64,000 bases of DNA. Source: the human T2T-CHM13v2.0 reference genome, Homo sapiens. Both the position numbers and the translations under genes were made by a program. Positions 30,540 through 43,896 of this stretch are shown piece after piece (the first letter of the stretch is position 1; every line of letters begins with the position of its first letter). The notes beneath the pieces were generated by a model. That model saw only the letters and a program-made list of their open reading frames with translations. It was not told where the DNA came from and did not search any database. The stretch lies in assembly GCF_009914755.1 (NCBI RefSeq), contig NC_060931.1. The stretch is one strand, 5' to 3'.

Positions 30540-31280
30540 TAGAATGATAGTAATTATGGAGCTCTTAAGGAGCTCTACTCTGTGCCAGGCACTGTACTAA
30601 GCATTCAAAAATGTTCATTTAATCTTCACAACATCCCTGAGAAGTACTACCCCCTTTTAATAGATTAAAATTGGGGCTCAAAATTACCCAGAGGCCAAGT
30701 AGTTAGTGAAGCCCATATGATTCCAATGTTTGCAGTCTCTTCCCAATTCTGTGGCATTTTCTCCATCTCTTTCACTATTTCATCAACGACGCTTATAATC
30801 AATTCTCTTATTTCACATGCTCTCCTTGGCAATTTCATTTCCTCCCAAAGCTTTAACTACATTCTATATTAGTGCTTCCCAACTTTTTAAATCTTTCTGT
30901 AAATATAAACATTTTGTGCTCTCTGTAGCTTATATTTTGAAAATAAGTTTTTTCCCATAGAAATTACAATATTGAATATGTTTGTTCAAACTACACTTCC
31001 TTCCACCACTCAAGATCTGTTAACCTCTAATGAATTGCCCCATGATTGACATCAATAGACCTTGATGCAGAAATATTTTATTGGAGAGATATCAAATCAA
31101 TCTCTATTTCCTCTTCCCATGTCCACTTCTGCTAGACATTTCTCTCGAGTCATAAACATCTTTAACTGTCTAATAAGCATAGTTCCATGACTGTCGCCCC
31201 AGGCCCTTCAACATAAACCTGTCTAAAACCAAACTCTCATTTCCCTTAGCAAACCTGTTCTCTGCGTTCTCCAGCTAATC
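30540..31280. mobile_element. MIR (~30540-30730) and L2 remnants
   Basis: gtgccaggcactgtactaagc...tttaatcttcacaac MIR core; L2-like text follows. Confidence 0.55.
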
Positions 31281-32008
31281 TTGTCACAACCCACCCTTGT
31301 CTATTCTTTAAGGTACCTACCTGCAAAACCGTAACGCTGATACTCTGACTTCCTTGAGCTACCAGGTAAAAAAATCAACCACTACAGGAGTGCCTATTAT
31401 GGCCTGGAGTAGAGGAATGCAAAATAGTTCAAAATATCCTCTTCCTCCTGAAGAAACAGATTTTTTTTTTTTTTTGGAGAGGCATGTTCCAACTTATAAA
31501 ATTAAAATATATTCACAAGCATTTTAATTTGATCTTTAATCTCTGTTTTACAGGAAAAAAAAATGAGATGTTACTTTCCACTCCTTCATTGTTGAAATAA
31601 ACTTACACTCAACTAAAAGAAAACAGGTCTGAATACAATAAAAGTCAACAGGACAGCGCAAATAGCCAACTACCCAAGGACACAAAGTGACCTGGAGGCG
31701 TTCTGCGGTGGCGCTGCCGTCAAGGCCGGGGCCGCCTGGCCAGACCCTCCCTCAGACGCCCCCCGGGGCCGCCCTCACTCCCGCACGTCCCTCTGCAGCT
31801 GTCCTCAGCCGGTGGGGTCGGCAGTGACCGCGGGAAAACCCCGCTTGCTGTGCGACCCAGGGCGCGCTGAGCAGGGGCTGCGGCTGCCGCCGCTGTCCGG
31901 CTCCGGTTCCGGCCCCGGCCCCGGGCCCGGCCAGAGCTGAGTCCGGACTCAGCCAAAGCCCCTCGCCTTCAGCTTCCCAGACGTCCGACCAGTGGAAAAT
32001 TAGCATAC

Positions 32009-32273
32009 CTGGGGCAGAAGGCAGCTGCAGGGCCGGCAGTCCTGGCAAACCTAGAAGGCGGGAATAACCCTGGTGACGGGCGGGGCCGGGCTCCGGCGCT
32101 AACTGCATCCACTAGGTTTGGTCAACACAGAGCCGCGCCAACTCTCTGAGGCTGCGCCAAGACCTGAAGCGGCGGACCGAGAGCCCGGGTCTGAGACTGA
32201 GAGAGCAACGGAATGGAGGCGGGGTAGAGGCGGAAACACAACCTGCAGGGCCAGAGCGAGGCGCGAGAAGGAC
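32009..32273 (-). other. SLC25A40: SLC25A40 non-coding exon 1 (5' end approximate)
   Basis: cag|gtatgc donor at 32009/32008 within the CpG island; TSS cannot be fixed from sequence. Confidence 0.75.
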
Positions 32274-32393
32274 GGCGGCGTGAGGGGGCGGGGCGCGCAG
32301 CGCGAGAAGGCAGGCACGAGGGGCGAGCGCGAGGCGGGGCACGGCGCGTGGCGTGAGACGGGGCGGGGCGCGCGTATCGGCGCCGCGGCCGCG

Positions 32394-32408
32394 TGACGCG
32401 TTTTCAAA
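32394..32408. promoter_or_regulatory. MCB box ACGCGT (32396-32401), overlapping CRE half-site TGACG, and adjacent CHR (TTTGAA on minus strand, 32403-32408)
   Basis: Direct motif match tgACGCGTtTTCAAA near the presumed DBF4 TSS. Confidence 0.65.
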
Positions 32409-32645
32409 TCTTCAACCGCCGCAGCCCACTCGTTTGTGCTTTGCGCCTTCCTCCTCCGCGCCTTGGAGCCGGATCCGGCCCCGGAAACCCGACCTGCAGA
32501 CGCGGTACCTCTACTGCGTAGAGGCCGTAGCTGGCGGAAGGAGAGAGGCGGCCGTCCTGTCAACAGGCCGGGGGAAGCCGTGCTTTCGCGGCTGCCCGGT
32601 GCGACACTTTCTCCGGACCCAGCATGTAGGTGCCGGGCGACTGCC

Positions 32646-32691
32646 ATGAACTCCGGAGCCATGAGGATCCACAGTAAAGGACATTTCCAGG
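32646..32691 (+). CDS. DBF4: DBF4 exon 1 coding part (MNSGAMRIHSKGHFQ)
   Basis: gccATG, g|gtaaga donor, 46 nt; recognised DBF4/ASK N-terminus. Confidence 0.96.
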
Positions 32692-33424
32692 GTAAGAAGC
32701 CCCTCCTCCGCCTGCAGTCCCTTTAATCCTTTCCTCCCCTCGTGGTTCCACCATTGATTCTTCAGACTTCTCCCGCCGGGTCCTCAGCTTCTTTTCTTCT
32801 GACCGGCCTCTGGGGTCTGAAGGAAGGAGCCCCCGTTCAGTGTTTTGCCTAAGAAGGAACGGATCCTGACCCGGCCCCTCGAGCGCTCTGCCGTTTACAG
32901 CGGCGGTCCCAGATTGATTCCCGGTCGTGCCTTCGGTTGAAAACTAGCAAACAATGTGCAGATCCGGGACCTCGCCGGGACTGCGGCGCTGTCTGCTCCC
33001 GGGCTCTCGCATATGCTAAGCCTCCGCCCGGGCCCTTGGAGGCGACGGACTGCATCCTCAATTTAAAGTCAGACGCGCTCGTGGCTTTTCGCTTCAGGAT
33101 TAGATTGAGTGATTGTGGGTGGATTTTTGGTCTTACCCTTGAAAGTTTATTTTCCTTTCCTCATAAGTTGGGGGAAAGCATTGTATTTCAAACACCCCAT
33201 TGCTGGTTTCAACATTACAAACAGGGAAACAAAAGCAAATTTCCATTTTCAGTCACTTTATTTGGTGAAACATTCCAGCACCTAAGTTTTTTGTACAGGT
33301 GTTTGTGTGTGTGTAGTAACTACCAATTTAAGAACAGATTGCGTTTGAAAAATTAATTTTTAAAGCAGTTGCTTGGATCTCAGATCTGTTTCTAATGAAA
33401 ATAATGAAAGGTTTAGTTCTTCGT

Positions 33425-33511
33425 AATGGACCGTTAAGTTCTTAATACGTAGACAAATTGTATGTGAAATGGACCGTTTAGTTGTTAATATGCAGACAAA
33501 CTTTATATGAA
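33425..33511. repeat. Two-copy 43-bp tandem duplication in DBF4 intron 1
   Basis: aatggaccgttaagttcttaatacgtagacaaattgtatgtga / aatggaccgtttagttgttaatatgcagacaaactttatatga. Confidence 0.85.
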
Positions 33512-33965
33512 ACTAAAACTTGAGCAGTCTGAAACCCTTGAGGACTAGGTTATTCTGCGTAACAGAGGATTCTTTCATCGCTAAATGAAGTTTAAACACC
33601 AGTTTTGAATGTTCAGCAGAATGGCAGATGCTCAATAAATAGTTGAGTATTAAATATCCCCATGGAGTTTACATCCTAAAAAAAGAAAATCTTTCAAAAG
33701 AGTTTTATATAGTTCCGTGCCTCAGGAATAAACACACGAATATTTCTTGCTGAGTCAACTATTATTTTACAATATGCGGTCTGTGAAAGTATATAGGGCA
33801 TTTTGCCTCTATCCTAAGTAGTACTACAAAGAAATACATTTCAATGCTAATAACTTAAACTGGTAGGGTTGTAAGGATTTTTATTCTGTAATATTGTATA
33901 ATGAAATATTTTAAAAATAGTAAAAGTGTCTGTGTAAAACATCTGATTCTAAACATCTTTAATAG

Positions 33966-34138
33966 GTGGAATCCAAGTCAAAAATGAAAAAAACAGACCA
34001 TCTCTGAAATCTCTGAAAACTGATAACAGGCCAGAAAAATCCAAATGTAAGCCACTTTGGGGAAAAGTATTTTACCTTGACTTACCTTCTGTCACCATAT
34101 CTGAAAAACTTCAAAAGGACATTAAGGATCTGGGAGGG
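33966..34138 (+). CDS. DBF4: DBF4 exon 2 ([14 protein letters not shown]...[25 protein letters not shown]), motif N / BRCT-like start
   Basis: aatag acceptor, gtaagt donor, 173 nt. Confidence 0.96.
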
Positions 34139-34852
34139 GTAAGTGAAAACCGTACACTGGCATAGAAGGAAAAATTTGTAACTAGTACTTTCTACTGTGT
34201 AATCATTTAAATTTTTCATTTTGGAAAACGCTTCTATTAGCACCAAGCTTAACATTTTTATCAGCTGTTTATCGTTAACAAAAAACCATTTGTTTTAACC
34301 TTTTGTGGACTGACAGACCTTTCAGGTTTCTCTGATTAGCAGTCTAGTGTAAAGTTCTTAGAGTGTAAGACTCCCCTGTCCTAGTGGAACTGCTCATTGA
34401 CTGCTTACTGTAATGTTGGAATGTCCTCCAGATAACAGCAATTTCTTGATTATGAATCTTGGGGAGCTACATAAGTTTGTCTGGACTAGTGTAACAGTTA
34501 AGAATGTTACTACAGAACAGCCATGCAAACCACAGTTAAAATTGTTCCTGAGTGATACAGATGTTGTTTCAACAGAATGAATGTTATTAAAGGAAAAGAA
34601 ATTTGCATTAAGAATCTGGAATACCTTCTTTCCTACCTTATACACTGATTAGATGATTGGGAAATTAGAAAACTCAGGCAAAATTCTAGGACCTTAATAG
34701 GATTAAGGTTGATATTGGCTGAATTTTGGCAAATGAGGTAATTAAGATTTTTTTCTGTTTAAAAGGTTCATGCTGGACTTTGACTTTCTGAAGGTCTGCG
34801 TCTTTGAATGTCTAAACTGATCCTTTCATTCCCAGACTAGTAACTTTTCAAT

Positions 34853-35163
34853 TTATTTTTATTTTTATTTTGAGACGGAGTCTCATTCTATATGGCCTAG
34901 GTTGGAGTGCAGTGGTGCGATCTCAGCTCACTGCAACCTCCTCCTCTCAGGTTCAAGTGATTCTTGTGCCTCAGCCTCTGTCTCCTGAGTAGCTACGATT
35001 ACAGGCATGTGCCACCACTCCTGGGTAATTTTTGTATTTTTAGTAGAGTCAGGGTTTCACCGTGTTGCCCAGGCTGGTCTCAAACTTCTAACCTCAGGTG
35101 ATTTGCCCACCTCAGCCTTCTAAAGCGCTGGGATTGCAAGCATGAGCCCTCCAGGCCCAGCCG
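34853..35163 (-). mobile_element. AluS
   Basis: Alu reverse complement; TSD-like attcccagactag. Confidence 0.87.
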
Positions 35164-35588
35164 ATTCCCAGACTAGAAACTTATCAGAAGAACATGTGCT
35201 AACAGGTTTCCTGGAACTGTTAATATATTTTATTTACTTATCTCTGAAAAGTTATTCTACTTTTTTACTATTCATTTTGTTAAACTAAAACACTGTCACA
35301 TGCTTGTAATAGTTGTATTTATGGTAATGATCATATGACAGCATTCTTAAAGGTCATGTTTTCTAGGCCTGCCACCCTATTGACTATACACCTATTAAGA
35401 GTATCTTAATGTGTTAAGGACCTTAGACATTGAGTAAAAAATACCCCTTCATCTTAGAAACAAAGTACTTGAGGTCCAGAGAAAGTAAATGGCCCAATTA
35501 GAGCAGTATTAGCTTCTTAATTCCCACAGCAACATAGTACCTGCACCATTCTGTTCCTCTAGCAATCAATGGCTACAAATGGCTATCT

Positions 35589-35924
<336 letters not shown>

Positions 35925-37037
35925 TCAAATATGATGAACAACCCATTAACTCTAGGTCTAATGGTCTAAATCAGTGATACTTAGATTTGTGTTTTTATCA
36001 GTAGAACCCTTTAAACAAAATAATATTCAGAAGTCCAATGTGTAAAGCCTGTAAAAAGGGAACCCCTTGGGCTAAAACAGCAGTACAGAGGCTAAAGCAA
36101 GAACTACTTGCCCCGTCACCTTCTTTCTTCTATCTCCACAGCAGTTCCTGAGGTAATTGCAAGAAACAAATTTTGAATTACTTCTGCCATACATAATAGT
36201 TGAGGGACCTTTTGGTTTTACATACTTAGTCTTTACCCCTGAAATGATTGAAGTAGACCAGTGAAGTTAGGAGCATATTAAGGGTGTAAGTTCCCAAATT
36301 TTCCTTTGGATTTCCCAAAAATCCAAAGCTGTGGATTTTCAATGGAATTTGATTTATTAACTTTCTCCTAAAAAATGTCTTATTTATTGAATTCTGATCT
36401 TCCCATACTATCTTTTCTATAATTAATGATATTTAATCCTCAGGTCCTGGTTTCTGTCTTCAGCACATTTACTGTTTCTATCACTAAAAAAGATTTTGTC
36501 ATAACGATCTTCTACATGAGTTAATTTATCTTCACATCATTACTTTAGGTGCCTTTTTAATTCACCATTTCACGTACTTTGGTTTCTATAATCTCGGTGA
36601 AAACATCTTAATGTCCCATTTATCTGCAGAGTATGCTTCTGACAAATTTAACCACTGAGAGCACAGCACCCAGATTCTGATATAAAGGGGAAATACCTTT
36701 AATAGTGCAAGAAAAGTAGGTGTTACAGAACCATCTAAGGAGGACATGGGATCAGCCACAGTTAGGTCCATGTCTAAATAGTTTTGGCTAAAATAAGGCA
36801 ATTGGAGAGGAACAGAAATGTAGGCCGATACCTTGGCGTATTAGCTTGAACTGTAAAATGTTTGATGTTCGTCATGATCACCTTGAGTCATCAGAAAATA
36901 CGTTTTGAGTTTACTCTTTAAATGGCATAGATTCAACAATATCTAATACATTGAAGACCCTGGTAAAATTGATTCAACAAATGTTTGAGTATGATGTGCA
37001 CTGCACTCTGTGTTTTAGTAGATTCAAAAATGAATCC

Positions 37038-37341
<304 letters not shown>

Positions 37342-38009
37342 TGAATCCTTATGTCCATCCCATCCTCATGTTCTAACCTAGCTAGAGATGACATTGGTAC
37401 AAGTAATTGTGTTAATAATACAACATAGAATGTCAAGAGAAAGGAGAGATTAGTTCCAGCTGAGGAATTGTGGGTTTTGTTCACACACAACTGGAACACG
37501 GCTTTGAAGAATGATGAAGATTTGGGCATGTGGGAATTCATTCAAAAATTATTCCACCACTGTCTCCAGTATATCAGCACTATTTTAGATCCTAGAGATA
37601 CAAAAATAAGTAAAATATAACCCTCTAGGTATTCTTTGTCTAGTGGAAACCTCAGACAACTGAATAATTTATGTTAGAGTGTTGTCAATGCTTTGACAGA
37701 AATATGTAGAAATTGCTATTAGAACACAGAGATAGGAATGATTAACTCTGCCGTTTGGAATCAACAGAGATAAAGTTTGAGCTGGATCTTGAAGTCTTAG
37801 TTAGCAAGGCAAATAGACATACTAAATAGAGGAAAGCATATTTAAAATATATGTCAATGCAGTTTGTTTGTACAACTACTAATGTTGCAGTGGGATTTGA
37901 GCTTAGGATATAGGTGGGGGAAGTGACAGCAAACAAAATTATATTAGGGCTAGATTGCAAAGGGCGTTTTATTCACTCTAAGGAGTTTTAACTATGTAAG
38001 AAATTAAAA

Positions 38010-39355
38010 ACCAAAGGAAATAAGTGGTACTAACATAAGAACAGACATACAGACCAATAGAGTAGAACAGAGAACCCAGAAATAAACCCTTGCATATATG
38101 GCTAATGGATTTTCAAGAAGGGTGCCAAGACCATTCATTGGGGAAAAGATGATCTTTTCAACAGCTGGTGCTGGGAAAACTGGATATCTACATGCAGAAA
38201 AATGAAGTTGGACCTTTACTGTCATATGCGTAAATGAGCTCAAAATGGATCTAAGATTTATTTGTAAGAACTGAAACTCTTAGTGGAAAATATAGGGAGA
38301 GATCTTCATGACATTGGATTTGGCAGTGATTTCTTGGATATGATACCAAAATCATGTGCAACAAATGAAAAGTATGAAATTGGACTTCATCAGGATTAAG
38401 AACTTTTGTGCCTCAAAGGACATTTTCAGGAGTGAAAGAACGCACAGAATTGCAGGAAATCTTTGCAAATTGTACATCTGCTAAGGGATTAATATCCAGA
38501 ATACTTATATAAAGAACTTCTGTGACCCAAGAACAAAAGGACAAATGGCCCAATTTAAAAATGGGCAGAGGAACTGAAAAGACATTTACTCAGAAAAGAT
38601 ATACTAATGGCAGATAAGTACATGAAAAAATGTTCAACGTCACTAATCATTAGGGAAATGTCAATCAGTAATCACTTAACACCTGTTAGGATGGTTACTG
38701 TTAACCAGAAAAATAACAAGTGTTAACAAAGATTTGAAGAAGTAGAACCCTTGTGCACTCTGAGTGGTAGTGTAACACGATATAGCCACCATACAAAATA
38801 GTATGGGTAGTTTCTGAAAAAAGTAAAAAATTGAATTACTATATGATTTTGCAATTCCATTTCTGGCTATACATACAAAATAATTGAAAGCAGGGTCTCA
38901 AAGATATTTATTATTCACAATAGCTAAAAAGTGTGAACAGCCTTAATGTCCAACAAGTAAATAGATAAAGAAGAGGTTGTATATACATACAATAGAATAT
39001 TATTCAGCTTTAAAAAGGAATGAAATTCTAATACATGCTACAACATGGGTGAACCACAAAAAACGTGCTAAGTGAAGGAAGCCAGTTACAAAAGAACAAA
39101 TGTAGGATTCCATTATATGAGTTATCTAGAATAGCCAATTTCAGAGATGGAAAGTAGAATAAAGGTTATGAGGGGCTGGGAAAAATGAGGAATGAGGAGT
39201 TACTGTTTAATGGGTACAGACTTTCAGTTTGGGATCATGGAAAAGTTATAGAAATGTTTTAGTAGTGATGGTTGCATAATGTGAGTGTACTTACTGCCGT
39301 TAAATTGTACACTTAAAAATGGTTAAAATGGCTAATTTTATATTTATCACAATAA
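38010..39355 (+). mobile_element. L1MB 3' end
   Basis: L1 ORF2 end and 3'UTR ending tgtacacttaaaaatggttaaaatgg...aataaa. Confidence 0.8.
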
Positions 39356-40074
39356 AAGTGTATAGGAGATCGGGTTTCTTATGAAAAATTAGAACCTCTG
39401 ACATTATTAGGGCCTCATATTTATGAAAATGAAGGCAGTATTTGATGTGTGAATTATTTGTATTATTGCCTGGCCCTTATAGGCATTTGAGTCTAATCCC
39501 TGGAATAAATAAATGTAGGTACATTATTTACTGTTCAATGAAAATGAATGTTGGTCGGAAAAGAAATGATTTGCACTTAACCAAGGAGGCCACTGGTCTC
39601 AGTAGCAAATGCTGCTTAATGCTTAGATGAAGTTAACTTATCTGTTACACACTTCATTTTTATTATCATTTATAGTGTGGGATCCTATAGAAAATAGATA
39701 CAGCTATTTAAAATATTCTGAGAAGTCTTTCATGGATGTAAATTGTTACTGCTTATTAATGATTCACAGTTTACTTCTGCTTAGTGGGTATTTATAGTAT
39801 ACATATTTATACTATGTATTTTTCTAATAATATTAGTAATTCTACTTAGTATTTACTTCTCCCTATTTTTATTTTCCTGACCCTGGCGATCTTTAATAAC
39901 CTTCACTTTGGTACATGTCTTTATAAGTAAATTCAGATACTTAGGCGGTGGTTTTCAAACATTTTAGTAAAGAAATTCTATTCAAACAGTCTTACACTCT
40001 TAAGCGTAAAGGTTCCCTCCATCCTGTAAGTTGAAGCCTCAAGGGAAGGTGTAATAATGATTGATTTAGACTTG

Positions 40075-40870
40075 TATTGTCTGCTATGGTAACCATTAGT
40101 GATATGTGGCTATTAAATTTAAAGTCTTTAAAATCAAATTTAAAAATCAGTGGCTTGAGCTAGGCGCAGTAGTGTGTGCCTGTACTCTCAGGTACTTGGG
40201 AGGTTGAGGTAGGAGGCTCTCTTGAGCCCAAGAGTTCAGGGCCAACCTGGGCAACATAACAAGACCCCATCTCTTAAGAAACAAAAAATTCAGTGGCTTA
40301 ATCACACTACCAAGGCCATTTCAAATGCTTTGGTAAGTTGTATTGGACACTGCTGCTTTAGATCATGGGCTTGAGTCAGAATGCCTATGTTCAAATTATA
40401 TTATTTGCTACTGGGTAACATTAAGCAAGTCACCTCTCTTCACTTTTTATCCTGCAGAAAATGTAGATAGTATCATGAGGCTGTTCCATAGATTAAGTTA
40501 ATTAACATATATAAAGTATTTAAGAATAGTATCCAGCACATGCTGCTGTTGTGCTGTTATAGGAGCTCTTATACTTCCTCAGAGATCTAGGTTCAGAAAA
40601 ATACAGTATAAAAACCACCAATTTACGAAATAATTGCATCAAATTGAAATTTTTTACTGTGCTTGGCATATGAAACAGTTTATGGTTTTTATGACCTAGT
40701 TGAAAATACCTTGGTGGCATGTGCCTATAGTCCCAGCTGTTCAGAAGGCCAAGGCGGGAGGATCACTTGAGAACAGGGGGTTGAGGCTGCAGTGAGCTAT
40801 GATTGTGCCACTGCACTCTAGCCTGGATAACACAGTGAGACCGTGTTTCTTAAAACAAATTTATAAATAA
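40075..40870. mobile_element. MER3-like DNA element split by FLAM (~40155-40290), then MIR and an Alu right monomer (~40710-40870)
   Basis: Recalled consensus fragments; boundaries approximate. Confidence 0.55.
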
Positions 40871-40891
40871 AAATACTTTGTTCTCTTCTAG

Positions 40892-41071
40892 CGAGTTGAA
40901 GAATTTCTCAGCAAAGATATCAGTTATCTTATTTCAAATAAGAAGGAAGCTAAATTTGCACAAACCTTGGGTCGAATTTCTCCTGTACCAAGTCCAGAAT
41001 CTGCATATACTGCAGAAACCACTTCACCTCATCCCAGCCATGATGGAAGTTCATTTAAGTCACCAGACACA
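40892..41071 (+). CDS. DBF4: DBF4 exon 3 (RVEEFLSKDISYLISNKKEAK...SFKSPDT)
   Basis: ttctag acceptor, gtaagt donor, 180 nt. Confidence 0.96.
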
Positions 41072-41394
41072 GTAAGTCTCTTAAATATGCTTTGAGACTC
41101 AGAAGGGCTATATCCTGAAGATCTCCTGGTTTTTAATAGCAAGGTGGCAGTAGAGTTTACTTATGTAGAACATTTGCAAAGCCACATGATGTGTGGCTCT
41201 CTAGTCCTCAATAAAGTTGCTGTCTTTTAGGAAGGTGGGTTTTTCCTAATAGTTCTTGTGTAATCATACTCTGATTGCTTAGGTATACCCTTGTATTTAG
41301 GGATGGCGTGTAGTTTTTAGAATAATTTACAACTAAAAAGTTAAGAGCAGATCATTCTTTGAAGAAGAAATAGAAACCTTTTTAATTTTCAGAG

Positions 41395-41719
41395 CAGGGG
41401 TCAGCAAACTCTGGCCCATGGGCCAAATCTAGTCTGTTGCCTTTTTTGTACAACCTGCAGGTTAAGCATGGTTTTTACATTTTCAAATAGTTGTGTAAAA
41501 ATATCAAAAGAATATTTTGTGACAAGTAGAAATTTTATGACATTCAGATTTCATTGTCATAATGTTTTATTGGAACACAGCCATACCTGTTTGTTTAGGT
41601 ATAATCTGTAGTTGTTGTGTTTTAGGCAGAATTGAATAGTTGCTGTAGAGACCATATGGCCAACAAAGCTTAAAATGTGTACTGTCTGGTCCTTTGCATA
41701 AAAAGGTTGCCAGCCCCTA
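41395..41719 (+). mobile_element. MER58B DNA transposon
   Basis: CAGGGGTCAGCAAACT...GTTGCCAGCCCCT terminal inverted repeats. Confidence 0.78.
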
Positions 41720-42163
41720 TTCTAGAATTATTGAAATCACATCCCTACCACTCCATGGCCAGTAAATTGAAAGATGCAAGGAAAGACAAATTAAATTGAT
41801 TTAATTGGGTGTGAGGTGGGATAGGATCAAATGAGAGATAAAATGTTTATTTCAGTTTTTAGGTTGAAGTGTAATTAAGTTATTATTTTACAATATTCTC
41901 CTCGACTTACCTATTATAGCCATTTGAAAATTAAGGAAAATGAGGAGAAAACAGAAGAAATGAGTCAGAAAGGAGCTATCACTTGAAAAAAGAGATACAA
42001 TACATAGAAGAAAGAATGGAAAAGAGATCAAGAAAGGACCATGCATTCTCTGAGTTAATGCTTTTTTGGAGCAAGGAGACAATACACCAGCGATTCCAAA
42101 ATAATTGTTGGTTATGGCATTTCAACGAGTTTTCCTAGTACTTTATTTAAAAAGTGAAGTAAC

Positions 42164-42530
<367 letters not shown>

Positions 42531-42757
42531 TTAATAGGAACTAAAATGTAAGCCAATTAATTATAAAGAATTCCAGTGAAACCTAGCTATTTTATTTTTC
42601 ATGTTGAATAGAATTTACTACAAAACCAAAGAGGTCACCCAAAAAAGAGAAACTTTTTAATATGAGACCCAAAAGTTCTCTTTTCTTAGCTGCTTTACCT
42701 TTTTAACCTGTTCTCCAGTTAAGCACTATGTTTTAAATTTTTCTGGTCTTTTTATAG

Positions 42758-42808
42758 GTGTGTTTAAGCAGAGGAAAATTATTAGTTGAAAAAGCTATCA
42801 AGGACCAT
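42758..42808 (+). CDS. DBF4: DBF4 exon 4 (VCLSRGKLLVEKAIKDH)
   Basis: tttatag acceptor, gtaagt donor, 51 nt. Confidence 0.95.
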
Positions 42809-43242
42809 GTAAGTAGGAACTATAAAGATTCACATTGTACATTTTGTTATTAAAAACTCAACTGGAAATTACAGATATTCTTGAAATTTTCCTTTCCACA
42901 TTTTTAGGCAAAAACCTGAATCTCAGCATATATTTTATTTTACAAAGTAAAGAACTTACTTTTCATGTAGAAACATCCCCATCTTGTGGCCTTTTAAAAT
43001 ATTACTGGAAACTTAAAACTTGCCTTATAGTTTTCATTAAATTACCAAGGATGTGGGTATAAAGTGGGATTGATTTTAGGAATTCTATAGAAAATCTTGA
43101 TGTCCTAGCTATTGTAACTCTATAGGGTCTGTTACAAATAACTGCCTTAGTGACATTAAACTTCAAATAATTGAATTTTTATTAAAATTTAGCTCATCTT
43201 AAATAATTTCCTAGAACAACCATAAAACTTTTTTTTTTACAG

Positions 43243-43312
43243 GATTTTATTCCTTCAAATAGTATATTATCAAATGCCTTGTCATGGGGAGTAAAAATTC
43301 TTCATATTGATG
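43243..43312 (+). CDS. DBF4: DBF4 exon 5 (DFIPSNSILSNALSWGVKILHID)
   Basis: T-tract acag acceptor, gtaagg donor, 70 nt. Confidence 0.95.
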
Positions 43313-43411
43313 GTAAGGATTTTATAATTGTTTTTTGACAGTATTTGTTTTAAGTGTCCATGTCTGTCCTTTGGTTCCTGACTTTACATAGTGAAATTTT
43401 GATAGCAGGGA

Positions 43412-43783
43412 TGTCTTAATCTGTTTCCTATTGCTTATAACAGAATACCTGAAACTGGGTAATGTACAAAGAAAAGGAATTTATTTCTTACAGTTATGGA
43501 GACTAAGAAGTCCTGGGTCAAAGGGCTGCATCTGGTGAGGGCCTTCTTGTTGGTGGAGACTCTGCAGAGTCTTGAGGCAGCACAGAGTATCACATGGTGA
43601 GGGGCTGAGTGTGCTAGCTCAGGTCTCTCTTTCTCTTTTTATAAAGATATCAGGTCCACTCCCATGATAACCCATTAATCCATGAATTCCCTCTTAAAGG
43701 TCCCATCTCTCAGTAAGTACTGTCACACTGGGGGTTAAATTTCAACATGAGTTTTAGAGGAGACAAACATTCAGACCATAGCA
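43412..43783 (-). mobile_element. MST/MLT1A-type MaLR LTR filling most of DBF4 intron 5
   Basis: tgtcttaatctgttt...acaaacattcagaccatagca. Confidence 0.78.
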
Positions 43784-43896
43784 TAAGAGATACCTATAAT
43801 GGTAAATTCTTTATCTAATTTAACTACAAGAAAATATCACTGTTTAACTCCAAGAGTAAAATTGCTAATCTTAAAACCTTCTTTCTTTTAATAAAG

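Larger units (their letters stand above)
31690..33090. promoter_or_regulatory. CpG island / bidirectional promoter of SLC25A40 and DBF4
   Basis: Very high GC and CpG density between divergent first exons; GC boxes at 32285-32294, 32331-32340, 32360-32369; E2F-like GCGGGAAA 31830-31837, GGCGGGAA 32057-32064, TTTCGCGG 32584-32591. Confidence 0.93.

Noticed and set aside
31720-33356. Many overlapping 60-187 aa ORFs in the CpG island
   Set aside because: Expected from stop-codon scarcity in GC-rich DNA; only the 32108 uAUG and the frame in register with DBF4 were kept as leads
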